Shown: positions 26,491-36,113, numbered from the stretch's first letter. The stretch is DNA of 64,000 nt from Candidatus Aenigmatarchaeota archaeon (GCA_030018415.1 JASEGC010000001.1:55261-119260); one strand, 5' to 3'. The notes: generated by a model not told the origin, from the sequence alone. Made by a program: numbers and translations.

Positions 26491-26567
26491 AATTGGGATA
26501 GTGATGAATGCATCGTTCCAGCATGATTTAATGATTGCAGAGAGTAGCTCATGAGCTATCCCCAATT
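26491..26567 (+). ncRNA. Candidate box C/D guide sRNA
   Basis: Terminal stem AATTGGGATAG/CTATCCCCAATT; C box GTGATGA, D' ATGA, C' ATGATT, D ATGA; TATA TTTAAATA at 26468. Confidence 0.55.
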
Positions 26568-26731
26568 TTCTAAGATATCTTGTCGAGGAAGAGGTGTGAT
26601 AAATATCCTGACAAGATGAAGAAAAAGTAGACACTGAAGTTTAATAAAGAAGAACTAAACGTTATCCGTATTATAGTTGTTATCATGAACGATAAGAGGA
26701 TTGAAAACCAACTTTCCAGGAAGGCATGGGT

Positions 26732-27424
26732 TCACTCGATTATTATCCTTGCATCTACTGCTACTGCTCTATCAGGTAAGGCAAATATCGGGTTGATATC
26801 TAATTCTCTTATCTCTGGGTTTTCTTCCAACATCTTAGAAGTCTTCAACAAGATATCTACCAATGCCTTGAAATCAACAGGTTTTTGCCCTCTGTAGCCT
26901 TTTAAAATCTTGAAAGCCTTTATCTCCTTTATCATATCTATCGCATCTTCTTGTGTTATCGGAACTACACGAAAACTTACATCCTCAAAAATTTCAACAA
27001 ACACCCCTCCTAGACCAAAGGCAATAGTTTGACCGAAAGTAGGGTCATACTTGCCACCGACGATGACTTCACGATCGCTCGACAACATCTCTTGTATGAA
27101 GAAACCCTCTATGTTAGCTTTAGGTGCATTTTTTTCTATGTTCTTGATGATTTGATGATATGCTTGAAACAGCTCTTTCTCGTTCTTTATGTTGAGTATC
27201 ACACCGTTAACATCTGTTTTGTGAATAATCTGAGGAGAAACGACTTTTAAAACAACTGGAAAACCAATTCTTTCCACGAATTTTTTTGCTTCTTCTATGC
27301 TTTTAACTACCTCTCCTCTTACCAAAGGAATTCCATAGTAAGCTAGGACTTCTCTCGATTCTAATTCAGTTAAATTGTTTCTTTTGTTTATTTTAATTGT
27401 CTTAAAAATTTCTTTTGGGTTCAC
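26732..27424 (-). CDS. ADP-forming acetate--CoA ligase beta subunit (ATP-grasp)
   Basis: GFPVVLKVVSP.I.HKTD..GV, DPTFG, GLGG.FVE, ELDINP, AVDAR. Confidence 0.9.
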   Translation of the reverse strand: MNPKEIFKTIKINKRNNLTELESREVLAYYGIPLVRGEVVKSIEEAKKFVERIGFPVVLKVVSPQIIHKTDVNGVILNIKNEKELFQAYHQIIKNIEKNAPKANIEGFFIQEMLSSDREVIVGGKYDPTFGQTIAFGLGGVFVEIFEDVSFRVVPITQEDAIDMIKEIKAFKILKGYRGQKPVDFKALVDILLKTSKMLEENPEIRELDINPIFALPDRAVAVDARIIIE

Positions 27425-27546
27425 ACTATCCTAATTGTGAATCTTATTATAAATTTTTTGGAAATTCGTTTAAAATGATTCAAAAGCTTGAATATCGAGG
27501 TTTTAAGATATAAATATTTTTATTTTCAACATTCGGACTGGGGATT

Positions 27547-29181
27547 ATGCTAGAAAATGTAATTCTAAACACGACTGGAGGAACTATTCAATCTAAATAT
27601 TTTCCTGGAAAGGGTTGGAAACCTGTTAAATTAGATTATGATGTTTTGGGGATTAGAGGTTATGAAGTCCCAGTGCATAAAATTATGGATGAGGATAGTG
27701 GAAGATTTATAGCAGAATATGGCGATTATATCAGAAATTATAAAATAGGACCTACTATAGCAAAACAAGTAGCAGAAGGTTATAATCCAGTAATAACACA
27801 TGGAACAGATACATTAGCTAAAACTGCAGGTGTTGTGAATTACAATCTTTGTGGTAATAATAGAAGAGTGGTATTTACAGGCGCGTTGTACCCACCGGAA
27901 TTTCCTAATTTTGACGGTGAAGCAAACAGAGGCGATGCTGTAGTTTTTGCCAAGGAAGGTGATGAATTCTCTGGAACTTTTATTGTCATGGGAGGAAAAG
28001 TACTCTATCCTGATATTTGGGGCAAACATAAATACAGACTTCACGACCCTGCTATTGAAATGCTTCGCCTCGGTGAATTAAAGGGTTTTTTAAGAAAATT
28101 GGACTTCGAACTTCATGAACCATCGGATGCAATTGCAAATGTTAGTGGAAATAAAGTTTTCATTTGTCAACCTCAGAGACTAGAATACGATGAAACTACT
28201 TATCTTAAGGCGGATGGTTACTTTTCAGTCACTTATGGAGGAGATGGGATAGTTAGACATCTTGACTTTAGAGGAGATAACCCGCCTTACACAGGAAAAG
28301 TGGCTGAAATTAACGAGATTTTAAATGAATATGCCAGGTTGAAGGGTATGGCATGGAATTACCCCGAAAAAAAAGACGAAGCATTGAGCAAGGCTGAAGA
28401 TATCCTGAGAAGGTTAAGAATTGATAAAAGTATATTAGATAAGTTTACTGCATATTGGAAAAAAGATAAATTAAAACCACATTTTGATCCGACAACAAAT
28501 TTAGGACAAATTCTTATTGCGGATACAGCGAGCGACCCAGAAGGCTACATACCTGCTGTGAAGGATGAAGTGTGGAAAGGAATAGTGATAAGGGGATTAG
28601 GTTTTGGAAATGTGTATATAACTCATAAATGGAAAAAATTAATGAAAGAAGCGCAATCTCGTAATGTTCCTGTCGTTATAGTGACCGACGAAGGTATAAT
28701 AACATCGAAGGAATACGAAGTCTCTCGACCGTCTTATGATAAATACAGGGCAAATCATTCCGGTACCTTAAACGCAGAAGAAGCTCAAATCAGGGTAGCA
28801 ACAGGAATAGGCGATGAATTTAAAGTAAGACTCATATCAAAAGTAGCAGAGATTTTCAGAGTGAAGCCTTTGGATGTGTTCAGTGCATTTTACGTACCAG
28901 GGTCACTGTTTAAAGATGCTGAACAAAGGGCTGAGTGGGAAAGAGTACATAAATACTCAACTAATCCTGATATAGCAGTTTCCCCATTGTTTGAATATGA
29001 AGAGAAGATTATGCTATCGGCTTTAAATCACGCATACGTCTTAGGGACGATGAAGAAGTATAAAATAAAAAGAGTAAGAGAATTCGAACGTATTGTATTA
29101 AAGGAACAACTACCACGACCAAGTTTATGGGATTCGTTTAGAAATCGTTTGCCATTAATGATTAGGGATAAGGTCGTGTAA
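27547..29181 (+). CDS. Divergent L-asparaginase/glutaminase (GatD-like fold) protein
   Basis: TTGGTI and THGTDTL catalytic motifs, VVFTGA, GLGFGNV; large insertions. Confidence 0.75.
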   Translation: MLENVILNTTGGTIQSKYFPGKGWKPVKLDYDVLGIRGYEVPVHKIMDEDSGRFIAEYGDYIRNYKIGPTIAKQVAEGYNPVITHGTDTLAKTAGVVNYNLCGNNRRVVFTGALYPPEFPNFDGEANRGDAVVFAKEGDEFSGTFIVMGGKVLYPDIWGKHKYRLHDPAIEMLRLGELKGFLRKLDFELHEPSDAIANVSGNKVFICQPQRLEYDETTYLKADGYFSVTYGGDGIVRHLDFRGDNPPYTGKVAEINEILNEYARLKGMAWNYPEKKDEALSKAEDILRRLRIDKSILDKFTAYWKKDKLKPHFDPTTNLGQILIADTASDPEGYIPAVKDEVWKGIVIRGLGFGNVYITHKWKKLMKEAQSRNVPVVIVTDEGIITSKEYEVSRPSYDKYRANHSGTLNAEEAQIRVATGIGDEFKVRLISKVAEIFRVKPLDVFSAFYVPGSLFKDAEQRAEWERVHKYSTNPDIAVSPLFEYEEKIMLSALNHAYVLGTMKKYKIKRVREFERIVLKEQLPRPSLWDSFRNRLPLMIRDKVV

Positions 29182-30178
29182 AAGGAACCCTTGGAAATAG
29201 ACTTACTTTTGTAATATCTTCCAAACCGGTGACATACTGCAGAGCTCTTTCAATACCCATTCCAAAACCTGCATGTGGAATATCATAATTCCTTAGGTCC
29301 ACATACCATCTGTAAAAGTTAAAAGGTAAATGATGTTTTTCTATTCTCTCTGATAATAACTTCATGTCTGTAATCTTTTCAGTACCTGTAGCTACTTCTC
29401 CAGCGTATGGTGCAAACATATCATAAGATAACGTTATATCTTTTCTCTTTGGATCAGGTTGCGTGTAGAATGGTCTTATTTTTTCAGGCAAGTGAGTAAC
29501 AAAAAAAGGAGCTTCGTATTCTTTACATAATGTTTCTACTAACTCGTATGCCAAGCTTTCACCCCATTCGATTTTAATTTTTTTTCCTTCCTTACTCCTA
29601 TTTTTAGAAAATTCTACTACCTCATCATAACTTATTCTTTTAAGGGGGATTTTGAAATTAAGTTTTTCTACATCTCTTCCCAAAATATCTAATTCCTTAC
29701 GATTTTCTTCGATAACTCTCTGAACCCCTACAGAGAACATGCGCTCATTCAAACTCATTATGTCTTCTAAATCAGAATGTCCTTTCTCAACTTCAAGAGA
29801 GTAAAACTCTGCTAAATGTCTTTTGTCTTGTAATCTCTCCCTCCTATAAGTTGGAGTAAGGCTAAAAACTTTTTTAAATGAGGAAACAGAAACGAGTGCC
29901 TCAAGATATGGTTGTGCAGTTTGAGACAAATGCGCAAGATCTTCATAGTAGTGAAAAGTAAATAAAGTTGCAGTGTCTTCCCCAGCCATTAAAGTGATCG
30001 TGGGGGACCAAACTTCTCTGAATCCTTCACTTCTCAAATAATTACGCATGGCATTTATAGCGGTATCTGCGATGATTCTTATCGCTTCTTGTTCGGGTTC
30101 TCCTAGTTGCAAATGTCTGTGTTCAGGGAGAGAAGTATCTATCTTATATGGATAAGCAACAGTACTTTTTTCATTCAT
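29162..30178 (-). CDS. AsnRS/AspRS-like catalytic domain lacking anticodon domain (archaeal asparagine synthetase, AS-AR type)
   Basis: LSQTAQPYLE, YRRE...RHLAEF, PFY, WYVDLR...PHAGFGMGIER, FPR; no N-terminal OB fold. Confidence 0.75.
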   Translation of the reverse strand: MNEKSTVAYPYKIDTSLPEHRHLQLGEPEQEAIRIIADTAINAMRNYLRSEGFREVWSPTITLMAGEDTATLFTFHYYEDLAHLSQTAQPYLEALVSVSSFKKVFSLTPTYRRERLQDKRHLAEFYSLEVEKGHSDLEDIMSLNERMFSVGVQRVIEENRKELDILGRDVEKLNFKIPLKRISYDEVVEFSKNRSKEGKKIKIEWGESLAYELVETLCKEYEAPFFVTHLPEKIRPFYTQPDPKRKDITLSYDMFAPYAGEVATGTEKITDMKLLSERIEKHHLPFNFYRWYVDLRNYDIPHAGFGMGIERALQYVTGLEDITKVSLFPRVPFTRPYP

Positions 30179-30278
30179 AGATAACCACATTCTTTCCAGT
30201 AGAGTAAAGTTTTATTATGAAGTAAAGTATAAATGTTTTTTCCTCTGATTCTGATTTTTTTTCAATCAATAAAACGCA

Positions 30279-30758
30279 TTACACTGGTTTCCTCAGATAC
30301 ACATCTGGAGACTCTTTTGCCGTTACCCAAGCATCACAAGTCAAAGTCCTTCCAACTCCCCTTATCATCCTTAGTCTATCAATGACAAAGTTCCCTATGT
30401 CCTTTATGGTTTTTCCTCTAGCTTTTATGAGAATATCCCACTCTCCTGCGATTATATGAACTTCCATAACGCCTGGGATCTGCGATATCTTCTTGGCTAT
30501 TTCTCTTTGGGATAGAGGTTCGTAATCCGGGCCGTGAAAATATTCCATCCTGACTAGGATGAAAGCTATCGCCTCATTACCTGTCTTATCAGGATCGAGA
30601 ATAGCTTTATACCCTTTTATCACACCTTCTTTCTCCAGTTTTTTCATCCTATCATAAACTGTAGTTATCGACATACTCAATTTTCTAGCTAATTTCTTCA
30701 GACTCTGTCTACAATCCTTTTGAAGTTCTTCCAAGAGTAATATATCCTTTTCATCCAT
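30279..30758 (-). CDS. Lrp/AsnC family transcriptional regulator
   Basis: MDEKDILLL..LQ.D.R...LA...TV..R..KLE.EGVI.GY; GEWDI. Confidence 0.93.
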   Translation of the reverse strand: MDEKDILLLEELQKDCRQSLKKLARKLSMSITTVYDRMKKLEKEGVIKGYKAILDPDKTGNEAIAFILVRMEYFHGPDYEPLSQREIAKKISQIPGVMEVHIIAGEWDILIKARGKTIKDIGNFVIDRLRMIRGVGRTLTCDAWVTAKESPDVYLRKPV

Positions 30759-30882
30759 ATTTTAACCTCCACATAATTTTCCGAAAAATTTTCGGATTTA
30801 TCATAAATTATACTATAAAATTGATAAACTTTTCTTTATTTTCTGAAAAACATATTTATAAGGGAGAATTCATAAATCAAAG

Positions 30883-30945
30883 AAACTGGGAAAGGGACAA
30901 ACCCAGAGAGGTGTTCCGTTCCATCGCGTCCTCCTTTCCCAGTTT
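30883..30945 (+). promoter_or_regulatory. Strong hairpin, probable 5' leader of the downstream small gene
   Basis: 13-bp perfect stem AAACTGGGAAAGG/CCTTTCCCAGTTT about 23 nt downstream of TTTATA (30855). Confidence 0.5.
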
Positions 30946-30965
30946 TATCTTAAAAGGTGAAATTA

Positions 30966-31097
30966 TTGGACGGTACATGGTATCCAGCAAAGAAAACGAT
31001 AAACTATATAGTCTGTCCATCCTGCAAGCAATTAGTGAAGGGAGAAGATATAATCAAAGGAAAAAATGAAATTTGTCGGAGATGTGCAGAGATTTAA
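30966..31097 (+). CDS. 43-aa zinc-finger protein (CPSC...CRRC)
   Basis: SD AGGTGA, TTG start, MDGTWYPAKKTINYIVCPSCKQLVKGEDIIKGKNEICRRCAEI*. Confidence 0.65.
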   Translation: MDGTWYPAKKTINYIVCPSCKQLVKGEDIIKGKNEICRRCAEI

Positions 31098-31705
31098 TGT
31101 TTTGACTTCTTCTTCACAATTCTTCCGATTACTCTATCTTCGATAAAATCGAGATGTCTTTTTTTATCCAAGTAAGCTAAAACCAACAAGCCAAATATTC
31201 CCACGTAAAAGATCAATTCAATACCGATGCCTACCGAAGATAACATAGCCTTAGCTGTGCCCCCAACTATTGCCAACAGGAAAGTACGGGGAAATGCTCC
31301 GATGACAGTAGCTAAAAAATAGTTTTTAAATTTTAATCCTGTAATGCCGGATGTATAGCTTATTAAATCAAACGGCATGACTGGTATCAACCTCGTCAAG
31401 AGTATCGCCCACATCCCATTCCTTTCAATCCACCCATCCAAAGCATCAATCCATTTCTTCCTTACGAGTTTGGTGATGATAGGCTTGCCACCAACCCTTG
31501 CTATGTAAAATGCGATTACAGAACCTATGATCATACCAAGACTTCCAAAAATAACTATATCCAGAACTCTCATTCCTAACGCTCCAGAAAACATCAACAA
31601 TACCTCTGAGGATATTGGTGCTATGATCGTCTGAATGATCATCACTACCAACAAACCTAGAGATCCGTAGGATCGGATGAATGAGTTGAGAAATCCTTCA
31701 ATCAA
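31094..31705 (-). CDS. TVP38/DedA (VTT domain) membrane protein
   Basis: IQTIIAPI.SE, GS.IAFY.AR..G, RLIPVMPFDLISY..G. Confidence 0.88.
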   Translation of the reverse strand: MIEGFLNSFIRSYGSLGLLVVMIIQTIIAPISSEVLLMFSGALGMRVLDIVIFGSLGMIIGSVIAFYIARVGGKPIITKLVRKKWIDALDGWIERNGMWAILLTRLIPVMPFDLISYTSGITGLKFKNYFLATVIGAFPRTFLLAIVGGTAKAMLSSVGIGIELIFYVGIFGLLVLAYLDKKRHLDFIEDRVIGRIVKKKSKH

Positions 31706-31742
31706 TTTACCCCCCTTAATAAAGTCATTTTATTTTTTTAAA

Positions 31743-31861
31743 TAGCCCCGGCCAGATTCGAACTGACGTCTGAAGGTATCCCCCGTAGTGACCAGAGCCT
31801 TGTAGAAACTTTCTATGCTTGACCACTACATTCCGTGAAGGTTTATCTTCTCCACGGGGCT
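31743..31861 (-). tRNA. tRNA-Gln(CTG) with three introns (10/11: 31831-31851; 29/30: 31800-31810; 37/38: 31778-31791)
   Basis: Removing the three BHB-flanked segments gives a 73-nt cloverleaf: AGCCCCG/CGGGGCT, GAAGG-CTCTGGA-CCTTC, GTCAG-TTCGAAT-CTGGC. Confidence 0.85.
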
Positions 31862-31912
31862 GTCACGGGGCTATCGTTCCAATATATTGTTTAACTCTTT
31901 ATAAATCGTATG

Positions 31913-32149
31913 CTATCTACTTACTTCTTTCATCCCTTTCTGCGTGATCGCAAAAGTTGTTTCACACGCGTAAAGTGGTGTTATTAAGCCGTTCTGAGTC
32001 AACATTCTTGTTATGTTATCCACAACATCCCTTGGGTCTTCTGGGTTCACGTCACCCTTTATCAACTCGATTAGCTCACTCTTTCTAGCGACTAAAACTT
32101 CTCCCATTCTTTCTAGGATCTTTCTCATTATCTTTTCTCTTTCCATCAT
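31913..32149 (-). CDS. Small winged-helix-like protein
   Basis: L...GLI.....FAITQKG wing motif. Confidence 0.65.
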   Translation of the reverse strand: MMEREKIMRKILERMGEVLVARKSELIELIKGDVNPEDPRDVVDNITRMLTQNGLITPLYACETTFAITQKGMKEVSR

Positions 32150-32685
32150 GCTACCAACTCTTTCCTCAACTTCTGAGCCTTATCTGGACCTAAAAGTTTC
32201 TCGACGATTTTCAGGGCAAACTCCATCGCAGTTCCAGCAGCTTGCGATGTTATTATGCTTCCGTCGATGACAACAGGCTTATCCCTTGGATATGACAAAT
32301 ATTTCTCCATCCCTGGATAAATAGTTGCTCTCTTATTGTCCAACAATCCATGCTTCGATAATATCAAAGGAGCTGCACAGATCGCTCCTATGAGTTTATT
32401 CTGCGCGTTAAAACTCTTGAGTATTTCTATGAGTTTGGCACTCTTTCCCAAGTTTATGTAGCCAGGATCTCCTCCTGGAAGGATTACAACCTCGTATTCT
32501 TCGGGAAAAATCTGACTTAACCTCTTGTCGACTATAACTTTAATACCATGAGCCCCCTCGATCACTGAACCAACTATGCCAACAGTATCAACTTGGATAC
32601 CAGCCCTCCTCAAGACATCGACAACGGTAAAAGCTTCCACTTCCTCGAACCCTTGTGCCAAAGGAACCATAACTTTCATGTTCAT
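32146..32685 (-). CDS. DJ-1/PfpI (YajL/ThiJ) family protein
   Basis: GFEEVEA..VVDVLRRAG, LPGG, GAICAAP. Confidence 0.92.
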   Translation of the reverse strand: MNMKVMVPLAQGFEEVEAFTVVDVLRRAGIQVDTVGIVGSVIEGAHGIKVIVDKRLSQIFPEEYEVVILPGGDPGYINLGKSAKLIEILKSFNAQNKLIGAICAAPLILSKHGLLDNKRATIYPGMEKYLSYPRDKPVVIDGSIITSQAAGTAMEFALKIVEKLLGPDKAQKLRKELVA

Positions 32686-32761
32686 TCCTCCTTTTCGTTT
32701 TTTTTAAAAACAAAAAACATTAAAAATACAATAGTTATATTTTAACGTTTAAAGCTAATAA

Positions 32762-33193
32762 ATGATTGGTAAGATGATAGTTGGTTTCAGCATCAAAACA
32801 ATCTCCGCAGACAGGAAAGATTTACCTAGAGGTAGGATCGATATAAATTCCACTCCTAGAATAATCTCCGTCAATGAATCGAAGATGGATTTTTTAAACA
32901 AGAAACCATTAAACATAGAATTCGAATTCACCACAAAATATGAGCCCGAGATCGCTGAGATAAGAATCTTTGGTAGTGTTCTATACGTCGGGAAAGATAT
33001 AAAAAATGCGTTAAAGATTTGGAAAGAAAAAAAGATACTCTCAAAAGAGATAGACATAGAAGTGAAGAATTTCTTATTCAGAAAGTGTTTGAGTATAGGC
33101 ATGAGCCTATCTGAGAATATGCAGTTGCCGCCTCCTCTGATGTTCCCGAGGGTAGTCCCGAGACAGAAAGAGGAACTCACGTACATAGGGTAA
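32762..33193 (+). CDS. Conserved hypothetical protein
   Basis: 143-aa ORF with F.F..KYEP...I...G and LPPP..FP motifs; operonic with pth2. Confidence 0.7.
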   Translation: MIGKMIVGFSIKTISADRKDLPRGRIDINSTPRIISVNESKMDFLNKKPLNIEFEFTTKYEPEIAEIRIFGSVLYVGKDIKNALKIWKEKKILSKEIDIEVKNFLFRKCLSIGMSLSENMQLPPPLMFPRVVPRQKEELTYIG

Positions 33194-33196
33194 AGG

Positions 33197-33538
33197 ATGT
33201 ACAAACAAGTCATAATACTCCGATCAGACATTGAGATGGGTATAGGGAAAAAATGTGTTCAATGCTCACATGCTTCTTTGGGTGCTTACAAGAAGGCTGA
33301 TAAAAAAATAGTCAAAAAATGGGAATCTGAAGGACAGAAAAAAGTTGTTCTTAAGGTAAATTCAAAGAAAGATTTGTTGGAATATTTTAACAGGGTAAAA
33401 AAAGAGAAAATACCATGTTTTCTGGTCAAAGATGCTGGCTTGACAGAGTTAAGGCCTAGAACGATAACAGCTTTAGGCATAGGTCCAGAAGAAGAAGAAA
33501 AGTTAGACAAGATCACGGGAAAGTTAAAACTACTTTAA
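33197..33538 (+). CDS. pth2: Peptidyl-tRNA hydrolase Pth2
   Basis: KQVII.R.D..MG.GK...Q..HA, GQKKVVLK, DAGLTE, GIGP. Confidence 0.95.
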   Translation: MYKQVIILRSDIEMGIGKKCVQCSHASLGAYKKADKKIVKKWESEGQKKVVLKVNSKKDLLEYFNRVKKEKIPCFLVKDAGLTELRPRTITALGIGPEEEEKLDKITGKLKLL

Positions 33539-33563
33539 ATCATTATAAACAATATTGAGAATT

Positions 33564-34841
33564 ATGTTAGAAATCATAATAAACAATTTATTCTTGACAA
33601 TATTAGTAATACTCTCAATTATATACGCTTCTTGGCTGTTTCTGTTGTTCTGGCCAAAAAGGCAAAAAATTAAAACAGATTTCTATCCACCAATCTCGAT
33701 AATAATTCCTGCCCACAATGAAGAAGAGAACATAAAGGATGTTCTGGAAAGTTTAGTTGCTTCGGATTACGATAAAAAAGAGATAATAGTAGTGGATGAC
33801 GGTTCAATTGATAAAACATACGATATAGTGAAAAAATTCTCGAAAAAGTACCCTGTTAAACTGATAAAAGGTAAACATCAGGGAAAAGCAAAAGCAGTAA
33901 ACTTGGCAATGAAAGAGGCTAAGAATGATTATATAGTAGTTGTTGATGCCGATACGACGATCAAAGAGGATACTCTTAAAAACCTATTACAACCTTTTCA
34001 AGAAGATAAAGTCGCTGCTGTTGCATCAAATACTAGAATAAATTTGACAAGAAACATAATTACATGGTTTCAGAGTTTAGAATACTCAATTTCTACGTCC
34101 TGGAATTATATTTGTAGTAAAATTGGAGGTCTGTCTGTCATGTCACCTATCTGTGCATTCAGAAAAGATGTCATCGAAGAGATAGGAAGTTTTAGAGGAG
34201 ATACTGCAGCAGAAGATTATGACATCTGTATGAGAATAAAAAAGGCTGGCTATAAAATTAAAATGGCGCCATCTGCTATAGCTTACAACAAATCCCCACA
34301 AACTTTGTCTGGGTGGTTTAAGCAAAGAATGAGATGGGAAATAGGAACATTCCAAGTCATAAAAAAACATTTTGACATGATATTCAACAGAAAACATCTA
34401 GGCATTGGTTTCTACTCGACACCAACAAAAATATATTGGTACATACATTCTTTTATTTATTTGCCTGTAGTCTCCTATCAGATATTCTATGGATATTTCA
34501 AATATTTTTTTTTCAAAGGAATCTACCTCTCATTAGATGTCGTAAAATATTTTTTCTACTGGTTTACAGTTTTTGGAATGGCAGATTATACTCACAAGTT
34601 AATGATTGGCGTTTATCCTTTGGATATTATTGCTGCTCTGATAATTTTTGTCTTCATTTCAGTTACTAGTTTTATTTTTTATTCTCTGATAAAATTCTCA
34701 GATAGAATAACCATTTATCACTTAATTGCTTTTATCTTCTTCTTCCCTTACACACTAATCCTTATATTGGTAAGAATTCTTGCAATTTTCTATAGAATGA
34801 AGAGTTCAAAGAAGTATGTAAAATGGGAAAAGGAAAAATAA
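33564..34841 (+). CDS. Processive GT2 glycosyltransferase
   Basis: IPAHNEE, DDGS, DAD, ED, QRMRW. Confidence 0.9.
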   Translation: MLEIIINNLFLTILVILSIIYASWLFLLFWPKRQKIKTDFYPPISIIIPAHNEEENIKDVLESLVASDYDKKEIIVVDDGSIDKTYDIVKKFSKKYPVKLIKGKHQGKAKAVNLAMKEAKNDYIVVVDADTTIKEDTLKNLLQPFQEDKVAAVASNTRINLTRNIITWFQSLEYSISTSWNYICSKIGGLSVMSPICAFRKDVIEEIGSFRGDTAAEDYDICMRIKKAGYKIKMAPSAIAYNKSPQTLSGWFKQRMRWEIGTFQVIKKHFDMIFNRKHLGIGFYSTPTKIYWYIHSFIYLPVVSYQIFYGYFKYFFFKGIYLSLDVVKYFFYWFTVFGMADYTHKLMIGVYPLDIIAALIIFVFISVTSFIFYSLIKFSDRITIYHLIAFIFFFPYTLILILVRILAIFYRMKSSKKYVKWEKEK

Positions 34842-34844
34842 TGA

Positions 34845-36113
34845 TTAAAGTCTGAAGTATTTCTTGAATAATTCTATTATCTTGATACTACCAAATTTTG
34901 GCGTTCTGTACCAAATCATAGGCTGATTATAAATAGCACGTAGAAAAGCAACAGTATTAAATATCGAGAGTATGATCCCAAAAGTTAAACTTGAAAAGAA
35001 TGATGATTTGTATATGTTTGTTTTATTTTCTTTTTTAAGAGCGATAAAAGCAATAACGAAAAAACCACTAGTAATGGCAAAATTTTTAATCGTATCCAAT
35101 AAGTCCTGTACAGTGAGTGGGTGAGGAACACCTGTTACCATACCCAATAAACCAGCAACAGTCATCACAGCAACAAAAGGAAAAATTATGCCTCCAAACG
35201 TCAAATAAGTCATTAAAGCCTTCTGAGGAAGAGAAAAATGACCACCGAACCATATAGACCTAGCATTATCTATGAATGTTCTAGCCATTCCATAAGTCCA
35301 TCTCATTTGCTGTCTTATGAATGCTTCAAACGTGAACGGTAGTTCGCCCCTAACTTTTAAATTGGGTAGATATACACTCTTATAGCCTTTCTTGAATATT
35401 CTTATCGACAACTCAGCATCCTCAGTTAAGTTTTTTTCATCCCATCCACCAGCTTCTATAAGCACATCTTTTCTTATCGCTCCATGTGTTCCACAGAAAA
35501 ATGATATACCCAACTTACTGCTCAATGGACAGTAAAAGTTATGATATATCATCAAAAACGTTGAGGCCAATTTCGTTATAAAATTCTGACTATGATTTAT
35601 GTATCCCATCCTAGACTGAACTATGGCTATTTTTTCATCTTGGAAGAATGGTCTCACTATTTTTTTCAGAAAATTTTTTGGTGGAATGAAATCAGAATCA
35701 AAAATGACGATTATATCCCCATTTGAATACTTCAATATGTTGTTTAAAGCTCCGGATTTGAATCCCTTTCTTGTATTCCTTCTAAAAATTCTTATTTTTT
35801 CAGGGTGTTTCTTCACGAAGTCATCGATGACTTTTTTTGTACCATCTGTACTATCATCTGCGACTATTATTTCAAATTTGTCTCTTGGGTAATCGAGTTT
35901 CAAGCATGATTTCATACATCTTATTGCGACAGGATCATTATACACCGGAATCTGAATTGTAACAGAAGGTAAATGGGGTGAATTTGGGTATTTTTTATAC
36001 TTTTTCTTTGAAAATAGGTCGTATATTGCCACCATATAACATACTACTGAAAAGAAAACAACTGGTAATAGAGCTATCTCGTAAATAAGTATGCTCATTG
36101 AGTTTATGTTCAT
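34845..36113 (-). CDS. Processive GT2 glycosyltransferase
   Basis: QIPVYN, DDS, GFKSGALN, FDSD, TED, QQMRW. Confidence 0.9.
   Translation of the reverse strand: MNINSMSILIYEIALLPVVFFSVVCYMVAIYDLFSKKKYKKYPNSPHLPSVTIQIPVYNDPVAIRCMKSCLKLDYPRDKFEIIVADDSTDGTKKVIDDFVKKHPEKIRIFRRNTRKGFKSGALNNILKYSNGDIIVIFDSDFIPPKNFLKKIVRPFFQDEKIAIVQSRMGYINHSQNFITKLASTFLMIYHNFYCPLSSKLGISFFCGTHGAIRKDVLIEAGGWDEKNLTEDAELSIRIFKKGYKSVYLPNLKVRGELPFTFEAFIRQQMRWTYGMARTFIDNARSIWFGGHFSLPQKALMTYLTFGGIIFPFVAVMTVAGLLGMVTGVPHPLTVQDLLDTIKNFAITSGFFVIAFIALKKENKTNIYKSSFFSSLTFGIILSIFNTVAFLRAIYNQPMIWYRTPKFGSIKIIELFKKYFRL

Noticed and set aside
30821-31069. 82-aa ORF from the track
   Set aside because: It runs through a TATA box and hairpin. 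The SD-preceded zinc-finger frame at 30966-31097 is better supported.
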